18,133 nt of DNA from Elusimicrobiota bacterium. Lineage in GTDB: Bacteria; Elusimicrobiota; UBA8919. Every line of letters starts with the position of its first letter. Positions within the stretch are counted from its first letter, which is position 1. The stretch covers positions 1 through 18,133 of the forward strand of contig JBDRIG010000096.1 in assembly GCA_043816185.1 (NCBI GenBank), written 5' to 3'. The notes below the pieces were generated by a model. The model searched no databases. It was not told the origin of the DNA and saw only the letters and a program-made list of their open reading frames with translations. Below are positions 6,550 to 14,681 of the stretch, in pieces. The translations under genes and the position numbers were made by a program.

Positions 6550-9216
6550 ATGACTACCAACGAAATCAGAAAGAGGTTCTTAAAGTTTTTTGAGGAAAAA
6601 AATCACAAAATCTTTTCGAGTGATTCTTGTGTGCCATCGTCTGACCAAACACTACTATTTACATCGGCGGGAATGGTGCAATTCAAAAACTACTTTCTTG
6701 GAAAACAAAAAATTGATGGTGAATATCAGCGGGCCGCGTCGGTTCAGAGGTGTTTTAGAACATCAGATATTGAAAACGTGGGACGCACTGCAAGACATCT
6801 TACATTTTTTGAGATGCTCGGCAATTTTTCGTTTGGCGATTACTTCAAAAAAGAGGCAATCGCATGGGCATGGGAATTTTTAACCGAAGAAATGAAACTT
6901 AATAGAGATAAACTTTATGCTTCCGTCTATAAAGAAGATGATGAAGCATATAATATCTGGCATGGCATAATTCCAAAAGATAGGATTGTAAAACTTGACG
7001 AGGATTCAAATTTCTGGCAAATGGGCGAAACTGGTCCATGCGGGCCTTGTTCCGAAATTTTATATGATACGGGAATAGAGAATGGTTGTGAAAAAAAAAC
7101 TTGTCAACCAGGATGCGACTGCGATAGGTATCTTGAGGTATGGAATCTTGTGTTCACTCAATTCGATAAACAGCCCAACGGCACACTCGTAAGTCTTCCT
7201 CAAAAAAATATTGATACTGGAATGGGACTTGAACGATTGGCGGCAGTTGTTCAGAATACAAAAACAAATTTTGAAATTGATGAGATTAAAAAAATTATGA
7301 ATTCTGTAAAAAACATTGCAAATATATCGAGTGAAAAAAATGATGTTTCAATGAAAATTATTGCCGATCACTGCCGAGCAATCACGTTTCTTATTTCTGA
7401 TGGTATTCTGCCATCTAATGAAGGAAGAGGTTATGTTTTGAGAAAAATCTTACGCAGGGCAATTACATATGGAAAAAAACTACAATTAAATGAACCGTTT
7501 CTTTATAAAATTTGTTGTGAAGTAGTTGAGACGATGAAATTGTCATATTCTGATTTAGAAACAGGCTGTGAGCACATTGCAAGAATTGTAAAAACAGAGG
7601 AAGAAAAATTTTTATTAACACTTGAACGCGGAATAGAAATGCTTGAAGAACTCAAAAAAAATAAAAAAATAATTTCCGGAAAAGATGCGTTTTTTTTATA
7701 CGATACATATGGTTTTCCTCTTGACTTAACAAAGGAACTTCTTAAAGAATTCGACATTTTTATAACAGATGAAGAAGAATTTGTAAATGAAATGGAGAAA
7801 CAGAAAAACCGTTCTAGGGTTTTATGGAAAGGTTCGGGAGATGTCGATATGAGCAACTATTTCGAACTTCATAAAAAATTTGCAGATACAATTTTTATTG
7901 GCTATGAGAAAACGACGATTAAAACCGAAATTATTGCAATTTTGAAAGATGGAAAAATTATCGACAGAGTAAAAGAAGGCGAGGCTGTCGAAATTGTTTT
8001 AAAAGAAACACCTTTTTACGGAGAATCTGGTGGACAGATTGGAGATAATGGAAAAATAGAAATCAGAGATCAGAGGTCAGAAATAGTAGCAAAAGCGGAA
8101 ATTACAGATACGCAAAAACCTGTTGAAAATTTTATTGTCCATATAACAAAAATTACAACTGGTACTATGGGCATTGGTGATACAGTTGAAGCCGAAATCG
8201 ACGTTGAGCGAAGAAAAAACATTGCAAGAAATCATACTACAACCCATCTTCTACATAAGGCGTTAAGACAAATTATTGGCACTCATATTATTCAACGTGG
8301 TTCTTTGGTTTCCGACGATAGATTTAGGTTTGATTTCTCACATCCAACGCAACTAAAAAAAGAAGAACTCAATCTGATTGAAAAATATGTCAACGAAAAA
8401 ATTCTTGAAAATCTTAAGGTAACAACAAAAATTACAACGGTAAATGAGGCAAAAAAAAATGGAGCAATGGCACTGTTTGGTGAAAAATACAACGAATTAG
8501 TGAGATGTGTTATTATTGGTGATGAAAAGAATCCAGAAACGGGTTTAGAACAAGTTCCTGAAAGTATTGAGTTGTGTGGCGGAACGCATTGCAAGATGAC
8601 AGGCGAAATTGGACAGTTCATAATTCTATCCGAAGGTAGTATTGGAAGCGGACTTCGACGAATAGAGGCAATAACCGGAATAAACTCATATAATTTTGTG
8701 AAAAATCAGAGAGAAACAATCGGCGAGATTGTGGATTTGCTTAAATCTTCGCAAGTGGAAATTTTGACAAAATTGCAGAAACTTTTAGACGAAAAAAAAC
8801 ATCTTGAAAAGGAGATTACAAAATTAAAAACATCACAATTCAAAGATGAAGATTTATTAAAGCAAATAAAAGATATTGACGGTGTAAAATTGTTGTCTAT
8901 CAAAACAAATGTTTCCTCAATTGAAGAACTTAGAAATTTTTCAGATAATCTTAAAAACAAAATGAAATCTGGAATTGTGGTCAGCGGGACGATTATAAAT
9001 GAAAAACCGACTGTGATAGTGTCTATCACAAAAGACATTACGGATAAATTTGATGCAAGAATAATAATAAAAGAAATATCAAAAATTATAGGTGGGGGTG
9101 GTGGTGGAAAAATTGACTTAGCACAAGCTGGCGGGAAGGATGCTTCAAAATTAGACGAAGCACTTTCTTGTGTTGAAAAAATTTTAAATAAATCTGACAA
9201 TCTCGTGAATAGTTAA
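6550..9216 (+). CDS. alaS: Alanine--tRNA ligase
   Basis: TLLFTSAGMVQFK, HLTFFEMLGNFSFGDYFK, DTGMGLERL, editing HTTTH and ELCGGTH, GGGG..AQAGG. Start set to ATG 6550. Confidence 0.98.
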   Translation: MTTNEIRKRFLKFFEEKNHKIFSSDSCVPSSDQTLLFTSAGMVQFKNYFLGKQKIDGEYQRAASVQRCFRTSDIENVGRTARHLTFFEMLGNFSFGDYFKKEAIAWAWEFLTEEMKLNRDKLYASVYKEDDEAYNIWHGIIPKDRIVKLDEDSNFWQMGETGPCGPCSEILYDTGIENGCEKKTCQPGCDCDRYLEVWNLVFTQFDKQPNGTLVSLPQKNIDTGMGLERLAAVVQNTKTNFEIDEIKKIMNSVKNIANISSEKNDVSMKIIADHCRAITFLISDGILPSNEGRGYVLRKILRRAITYGKKLQLNEPFLYKICCEVVETMKLSYSDLETGCEHIARIVKTEEEKFLLTLERGIEMLEELKKNKKIISGKDAFFLYDTYGFPLDLTKELLKEFDIFITDEEEFVNEMEKQKNRSRVLWKGSGDVDMSNYFELHKKFADTIFIGYEKTTIKTEIIAILKDGKIIDRVKEGEAVEIVLKETPFYGESGGQIGDNGKIEIRDQRSEIVAKAEITDTQKPVENFIVHITKITTGTMGIGDTVEAEIDVERRKNIARNHTTTHLLHKALRQIIGTHIIQRGSLVSDDRFRFDFSHPTQLKKEELNLIEKYVNEKILENLKVTTKITTVNEAKKNGAMALFGEKYNELVRCVIIGDEKNPETGLEQVPESIELCGGTHCKMTGEIGQFIILSEGSIGSGLRRIEAITGINSYNFVKNQRETIGEIVDLLKSSQVEILTKLQKLLDEKKHLEKEITKLKTSQFKDEDLLKQIKDIDGVKLLSIKTNVSSIEELRNFSDNLKNKMKSGIVVSGTIINEKPTVIVSITKDITDKFDARIIIKEISKIIGGGGGGKIDLAQAGGKDASKLDEALSCVEKILNKSDNLVNS
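8057..8084 (+). repeat. Degenerate heptamer array (4 units) inside alaS
   Basis: tagaaat cagagat cagaggt cagaaat, translated as EIRDQRSEI. Confidence 0.8.
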
Positions 9217-9230
9217 TCGTGAAAAGTTAT
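9203..9230 (+). repeat. Heptamer array spanning the alaS stop codon
   Basis: tcgtgaa tagttaa tcgtgaa aagttat; the TAA at 9214-9216 lies in unit 2. Confidence 0.7.
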
Positions 9231-9286
9231 TGCGAGGGCGGAGACAGAAGCAATTTCATAGTCAACGACGGGATTGCTTCGCTGTC
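9226..9286. repeat. Branched palindromic element, truncated on the right
   Basis: gttattgcgag...gaagcaat (9247-9254) / attgcttc (9273-9280); same family as 11724-11930. Confidence 0.75.
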
Positions 9287-9424
9287 GAGGCTGTCCGACA
9301 AATCGTAAAACAGTCATTTTTTTGTAAAACATAGCAGTATTTGGCAACTAATGGCAACAAACAACATATCTTTTTTACTGACGCTGTGTCGTCGGTAAAG
9401 CGGACTATGTTGTCGGACAGCACC
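9287..9424. mobile_element. Putative MITE (~135 bp)
   Basis: Perfect 12-bp inverted repeat gctgtccgacaa (9290-9301) / ttgtcggacagc (9410-9421); no clear target duplication. Confidence 0.6.
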
Positions 9425-9554
9425 GTAGGGGCGATATATCGGTAGAAAAAATCGTAGTAAATCCCATAACTCTGTAGTGGCGATATATCGGTAGAAAAAA
9501 TCGTAGTAAATCCCATAGCTCTGTAGGGGCGATATATCGGTAGAAAAAATCGTA
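9425..9554 (+). repeat. 49-bp tandem repeat, ~2.6 copies, GTAG-initiated REP-like unit
   Basis: gtaggggcgatatatcggtagaaaaaatcgtagtaaatcccatarctct starting at 9425, 9474 and 9523. Confidence 0.95.
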
Positions 9555-9615
9555 CGGTAAGGAATCCGACAAAACAGGATAAAAAAGTAGTTTTTAACAA
9601 GGGGGGTTTTTATTT

Positions 9616-11679
9616 ATGGTAGGGTTATTTGGTGATTTGACAAGCGTTTGGACGGGATTTGTTTCTGGTATTGTTGGTCTGGCATTTGTTTGGTATCTGG
9701 CAAACAAGATTTTAAAAAAAGATCCTGGTACGGAAATTATGGTTAAAATTTCCAAATCCATTCAGGACGGTGCAATGGCTTTTTTGGCAAGAGAGTATAA
9801 ATCAATTGGAATTTTTGTTTTCATACTTACTGTCATTATTTTTTTCGGTGTTGCCAAAAAAACATCTATTGCCTTTATTGCTGGTGCAATCTGTTCGATT
9901 TTAGCGGGTTATATCGGAATGAAGATTGCTACTTCTTCAAATGCACGTACGGCTCAGGCATCCGTTAAATCGGTTGGCGACGCAATTGATGTCGCATTCC
10001 CAGGTGGTTCGGTTATGGGAATGTCTGTCGTTTCGCTCGGACTTCTTGGATTATCTATTGTTTATCTAATTTTTATAGCACATGGACTGAAACATCAACC
10101 GTCGCTATTTGATGCGATTTTGGAAGCAACACAACTGATAGTTGGATTTTCAATGGGTGCTTCATCTGTTGCACTTTTTGCCCGCGTTGGTGGCGGAATT
10201 TACACAAAAGCGGCTGATGTAGGTGCAGACCTCGTCGGAAAAGTTGAGGCTGGTATTCCAGAAGATGATCCAAGAAATCCCGCTGTTATCGCAGATAATG
10301 TTGGCGATAATGTTGGCGACGTCGCAGGAATGGGTGCTGATTTGTATGAAAGTTACGTTGGTGCGATTGTATCGGCACTTGTTATCGCCGCTGCTCCAAA
10401 TCCAACAATTGATATTAAAGGAATTATGATTGCATTCTTACTTTCTGCGTGGGGAATTATTTCATCAATTGTAGGAATTAAGTTTGTAATTTCTGGTGGA
10501 GCAAAAACTGACGCACAAAAAGCAATGAATAATGGAATGGCTATCGGTGCAATTTTACTTACTATCGGTTCATTTATTTTGTGCAAAGTTTGGTACGGCA
10601 ATCTTGGGTTTTTTTGGGCGGTACTTTCAGGGCTTGTTGCGGGAATTGTCATCGGTTTTGTTGCACAGATTTATACTTCTGGAAAGGCAGTTGAGAAAAT
10701 TGCCAAAGCAGCAAAAACAGGCCCCGCTACCCTCATAATTCAGGGCATGGCAACAGCAATGAAATCAACAGTTGTTCCACTTATAGCAATAGCAGCTGCA
10801 ACGATTATTGCCTATCAGACAGCAGGAATTTTTGGCATCGCACTTTCTGCAATAGGAATGCTTGCTTTAACAGGTATAACTGTTGCTGTTGATGCTTACG
10901 GTCCGATTGCTGATAATGCAGCAGGAATTTCGGAGATGGCACATCTTGGACCAGAAGCAAGAAAAAGATGTGAAAAATTGGACGCCGTCGGAAATACAAC
11001 TGCTGCGATTGGAAAAGGCTTTGCAATTGGTTCTGCTGCCTTAACAGCACTTGCACTTTTTACAGCATATTCACAGACAGTTCATCTCTCCGCAATAGAT
11101 GCTCTTAATTCAACCGTCATAGCAGGAATGTTTGTTGGTGGAATTGTTCCCTTTGTTTTTTGCGCTGAGACGATGCAGGCAGTAGGAAGAGCAGCATTCG
11201 GCGTAGTTGAAGAAGTTCGTCGTCAATGGAAAGAAATTCCTGGTTTGATGGAAGGTAAAGTCATGCCTGATTCAGCAAGAATTGTTGACATTACCACAAA
11301 AAGTGCGTTGAGTGAAATGGTTTTCCCAGGCGTAATGGCAATTGTGCTCCCTGTTGTTGTCGGAATTGTTCTCGGCTCAGCAGCACTCGGTGGATTTTTG
11401 GTTGGCTCACTTATTACTGGAGTTCCTCTGGCAATCTTTCTTGCAAATGCAGGCGGTGCTTGGGACAATGCAAAGAAATATGTTGAAGAAGGAAATCTCG
11501 GTGGCAAAGGTTCCGATGTTCACAAAGCAACTGTTATTGGCGATACAATAGGCGATCCGTTTAAAGATACATCTGGGCCATCGCTTAATATTTTGTTAAA
11601 ACTTATGGCTGTTGTATCGTTAGTTTTTGCGTTAACAATTGACAAAATGCATATTTGGCTTTCAAGTATTTTTAGATAG
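9616..11679 (+). CDS. hppA: Membrane-bound ion-translocating pyrophosphatase, K+-dependent, probably Na+-pumping
   Basis: GGGIYTKAADVGADLVGKVE, DNVGDNVGD, GNTTAAIGKG (Ala/Gly = K+-dependent signature), ADLYESY, GDPFKDTSGP. Ion specificity is inferred. Confidence 0.93.
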   Translation: MVGLFGDLTSVWTGFVSGIVGLAFVWYLANKILKKDPGTEIMVKISKSIQDGAMAFLAREYKSIGIFVFILTVIIFFGVAKKTSIAFIAGAICSILAGYIGMKIATSSNARTAQASVKSVGDAIDVAFPGGSVMGMSVVSLGLLGLSIVYLIFIAHGLKHQPSLFDAILEATQLIVGFSMGASSVALFARVGGGIYTKAADVGADLVGKVEAGIPEDDPRNPAVIADNVGDNVGDVAGMGADLYESYVGAIVSALVIAAAPNPTIDIKGIMIAFLLSAWGIISSIVGIKFVISGGAKTDAQKAMNNGMAIGAILLTIGSFILCKVWYGNLGFFWAVLSGLVAGIVIGFVAQIYTSGKAVEKIAKAAKTGPATLIIQGMATAMKSTVVPLIAIAAATIIAYQTAGIFGIALSAIGMLALTGITVAVDAYGPIADNAAGISEMAHLGPEARKRCEKLDAVGNTTAAIGKGFAIGSAALTALALFTAYSQTVHLSAIDALNSTVIAGMFVGGIVPFVFCAETMQAVGRAAFGVVEEVRRQWKEIPGLMEGKVMPDSARIVDITTKSALSEMVFPGVMAIVLPVVVGIVLGSAALGGFLVGSLITGVPLAIFLANAGGAWDNAKKYVEEGNLGGKGSDVHKATVIGDTIGDPFKDTSGPSLNILLKLMAVVSLVFALTIDKMHIWLSSIFR

Positions 11680-11689
11680 TATAACACTA

Positions 11690-11711
11690 CTTCGATTAAG
11701 CTCAGGTTGTC
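11690..11711. repeat. Possible degenerate arm of a second palindromic repeat family (cttcga...gctcagg)
   Basis: cttcgattaagctcaggttgtc resembles, from recall only, the cttcgacaagctcaggatgac intergenic repeat; single copy here. Confidence 0.35.
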
Positions 11712-11723
11712 GTTGCAACAAGA

Positions 11724-11930
11724 TGTCGTTGCGAGAGCCGATTCATCGGCTCGTGGCAATCTCTGTGTTAAAGACAAAGACGAGATTGCTTCGCTTCGCT
11801 CGCAATCAGACTGTGTCGCAATCCATCTTTTACCATCTAGTGTTGAATTACAGTACCATATTTTACCATCAGTTGCTATCTTCTATAAAAATGCAACTTT
11901 TTAGCTCATTGCGACACAGTCTGAATGACA
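11724..11930. repeat. Complete branched palindromic element interrupted by a MITE
   Basis: Outer arms tgtcgttgcgag / ctcgcaat[MITE+aat]gaca; inner arms gcaatctc / gagattgc; side hairpin gagccga-ttca-tcggctc. Confidence 0.85.
11807..11923. mobile_element. 117-bp MITE with perfect 16-bp TIRs and AAT target duplication
   Basis: cagactgtgtcgcaat (11807-11822) / attgcgacacagtctg (11908-11923); AAT at 11804-11806 and 11924-11926; internal direct repeat ttttaccatc x2. Confidence 0.88.
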
Positions 11931-11939
11931 CACATTTTA

Positions 11940-12060
11940 CTATTGCGACACTGTCTCAATGACGGACAAGGTCACCCGCAATGACTTTTCATGATTTCCC
12001 TGCAGTTTCGTCGTTGTTTCAAGGAACTTTTGCTTTTTCGGTGGAACTTGGTGGAACTTA
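11940..12060 (+). repeat. Dispersed cassette, copy 2
   Basis: Aligns with 205-300; ends with a 10-bp tandem duplication gtggaacttg/gtggaactta. Confidence 0.9.
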
Positions 12061-12071
12061 CGGTAAAAAAT

Positions 12072-14234
12072 ATGAAAACCCTCCTTGATGATTTAAATGA
12101 GAAACAACAAGATGTGGTAAAATGCATCGAAGGACCACTTCTTGTCTTTGCGGGCGCAGGTTCTGGAAAAACCCGTGCTATCATTTATCGTATTGCCTAT
12201 CTTCTTCAAATTAAAGTTAAACCATGGAATATTTTAGCAATGACCTTTACAAACAAAGCATCTTTGCAGATGAAAGAAAGAATCAATAATCTCGTTGGTG
12301 CATTATCTAACGATGTTTGGATTTCTACCTACCATTCCTTTTGTGCTCGGATTTTACGCATAGAGACAGCGAATATAGGATTAAATAAAGATTTTACAAT
12401 TTACGATAATAATGATTCTAAAAAAATAATTGAAGAATGTCTTAAAAAATTGAATTACGATATCGGAAAATTTAAACCATCTGTTATTTTAAGTTTAATC
12501 TCATCTGCAAAGGATAAACTTTTAGACGCAGAATCATATAGTATTCATGCAAATATAACGCCCGACCCAATAAAAAATGTTGTTTCTGAGGTATACGAAC
12601 TTTATCAAAAAAAACTTAAAGAAGCAAACGCTGTTGATTTCGGCGATCTTCTGCAATATACTGTCGAATTATTAAAAAACAATCCCCAAGTTTTGGAAAA
12701 ATATCAGGAACGATTTAAATACATAATGGTTGACGAATATCAGGATACAAACTATGCACAATACACTTTAACAAAACTTCTGGCATCAAAATATAAAAAC
12801 ATATGTGTCGTCGGCGATGACGACCAAATGATTTATTCATGGCGTGGTGCTGATATAAGAAATATTATGGAATTTGAAAAGGATTATCCAAAAGCAACTG
12901 TTGTGTATCTCGAACAAAATTACCGCTCCTCCAAAAATATACTTGAAGCCGCAGGAAAACTTATATCCTTCAACCATCATAGAAGATCAAAACATATATG
13001 GACGGATAGACCACAGGGTTCTGACATAACCTACGTTGAATCTTTGGACGAATTTGCTGAGGCAAAAAATGCTACTGATATAATAAAATTATTGGTTGAA
13101 ACTGAAGGAAAATCATTTTCGGATTTTGCAGTTTTTTACAGGACAAATGCACAATCTAGAATTTTTGAAGAAACTTTTACTCGTTATGGTATGCCTTTTG
13201 CTGTTATTGGAAGCCAACGATTTTATGAAAGGCAAGAAGTAAAGGATATTCTTGGATATCTGAAATTAATTAACAATCCTTCAGACAATGTCGCCTTCAA
13301 AAGAATAATTAATACGCCAGCCAGAGGCATAGGTAAAACTACATTTCTATCAATAGAAAACAATACTGTTTCTTCAGGAAAAAATTTGACACTTTATCAA
13401 TCAGCAAAAGAAATGTATCAAAATGGACAACTTCCAAAAGCAGAAAAATTTATTAAACTTATCGATTCGATGATTGCTGAAAAAGAAAATATGGACACTT
13501 CAGAAATTGCAAAAATAGTAATTGATAGCACGAATTATATTCAACTTTTAAAAGATCAAAACGATATTGAATCACAATGTCGTATTGAGAATGTCGAAGA
13601 ACTTGTATCGGCAATTGTAGATTTTGAACAACACTCTCATATCAAAAAACTTTTTGCATTCTTAGAAAACATTGCTCTTATTTCCGATGTAGATGTTTTG
13701 GACGAGAAAAAAAATTTCATTACTTTAATAACGCTTCATCTTGCTAAAGGGCTCGAATTTCCATGTGTTTTTTTGACTGGGTTAGAAGAAGGATTGTTAC
13801 CAATAGGTAACTCTACTTGTTTGGAAGAGCATGAAGAAGAAAGACGGCTTTGCTATGTAGGAATGACTCGCGCAAAAGAACATCTTTATCTTTCGAGTGC
13901 CTCGCAGCGAAGAGTTTATGGATATCTCAGGTGGTGTATTCCTTCGAAATTTGTGAAGGAAGCAGGACTAAAAAAAGAAAATTACAGACAAATCTTTAGA
14001 GATGAAACTCTGATAGATTCTTTACAAGAAACGCAGGAGACATCACAATTATTATCCGCCGATGGCAAGGAATACTGCTTTTACAAAGGCATGGCAATAA
14101 AGCACTCGGAATTTGGATATGGAAAAATTTTGGAAACAATTGGTTCTGGTAGTGAATTAAAAATTATTGTTCAGTTTGATGCTGGCTTTTGGAAAAAACT
14201 TTTAGTAAAATACGCAAATTTGGAAAAGGTATAA
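12072..14234 (+). CDS. pcrA: ATP-dependent DNA helicase PcrA/UvrD
   Basis: AGAGSGKT, DEYQDTN, GDDDQ.IY.WRGA, LEQNYRS, AKGLEF, EERRLCYVGMTRA, C-terminal H..FG.G Tudor-like domain. Start set to ATG 12072 because the upstream ORF extension is repeat DNA. Confidence 0.95.
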   Translation: MKTLLDDLNEKQQDVVKCIEGPLLVFAGAGSGKTRAIIYRIAYLLQIKVKPWNILAMTFTNKASLQMKERINNLVGALSNDVWISTYHSFCARILRIETANIGLNKDFTIYDNNDSKKIIEECLKKLNYDIGKFKPSVILSLISSAKDKLLDAESYSIHANITPDPIKNVVSEVYELYQKKLKEANAVDFGDLLQYTVELLKNNPQVLEKYQERFKYIMVDEYQDTNYAQYTLTKLLASKYKNICVVGDDDQMIYSWRGADIRNIMEFEKDYPKATVVYLEQNYRSSKNILEAAGKLISFNHHRRSKHIWTDRPQGSDITYVESLDEFAEAKNATDIIKLLVETEGKSFSDFAVFYRTNAQSRIFEETFTRYGMPFAVIGSQRFYERQEVKDILGYLKLINNPSDNVAFKRIINTPARGIGKTTFLSIENNTVSSGKNLTLYQSAKEMYQNGQLPKAEKFIKLIDSMIAEKENMDTSEIAKIVIDSTNYIQLLKDQNDIESQCRIENVEELVSAIVDFEQHSHIKKLFAFLENIALISDVDVLDEKKNFITLITLHLAKGLEFPCVFLTGLEEGLLPIGNSTCLEEHEEERRLCYVGMTRAKEHLYLSSASQRRVYGYLRWCIPSKFVKEAGLKKENYRQIFRDETLIDSLQETQETSQLLSADGKEYCFYKGMAIKHSEFGYGKILETIGSGSELKIIVQFDAGFWKKLLVKYANLEKV

Positions 14235-14347
14235 ATTCAGTTTCTCTTTGTAAAGATTGAAATAAAAAACGATGAAGTAGTGGTTGATATATTTCTATAA
14301 CTCATGACGTAAATATAGCGAAGAAGTTGATGTGATGGAGGGGTTTG

Positions 14348-14635
14348 GTGAAAATCACAATAGAAGATGTTGAATATGTTGCAAAACTCTCACGACTTTT
14401 TTTAACGACTGATGAAAAAAATAAATTTGCAGAACAATTAAGTGTGATTTTGGGGCATATGGACGAACTTAACAAAGTAGATACCGAAAATATTCTGCCA
14501 ACTTCTCGTGCAACCGTTGTAAAAAATGTTTTTCGTGATGATGAAATGCAAAAATTCAATAATACCGACGATATAATTGCCAATGCTCCTGAAAAAGAAG
14601 ATAGATTTTTCAAGGTCAAAAAGGTAATAGAATAA
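14348..14635 (+). CDS. gatC: Asp/Glu-tRNA amidotransferase subunit C
   Basis: VEYVAKLSRL, NVFRDD, NAP....FFKV.KVIE; GTG start after GGAGGGG (TTG 14345 is an alternative). Confidence 0.93.
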   Translation: MKITIEDVEYVAKLSRLFLTTDEKNKFAEQLSVILGHMDELNKVDTENILPTSRATVVKNVFRDDEMQKFNNTDDIIANAPEKEDRFFKVKKVIE

Positions 14636-14681
14636 ATGCTATTGTAGCTACGTCTTGTGGTTACACTACAAAACAACTTAT

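Noticed and set aside
9425..9554. CRISPR array
   Set aside because: The would-be spacers are near-identical, so this is a tandem repeat; no cas genes are present.
9262..9600. 112-aa minus-strand ORF
   Set aside because: Composed of MITE and tandem-repeat DNA, with no protein motif.
11639..12071. Short ORFs and the N-terminal extension of pcrA from 11991
   Set aside because: They lie within palindrome, MITE and cassette DNA; helicase similarity begins at ATG 12072.
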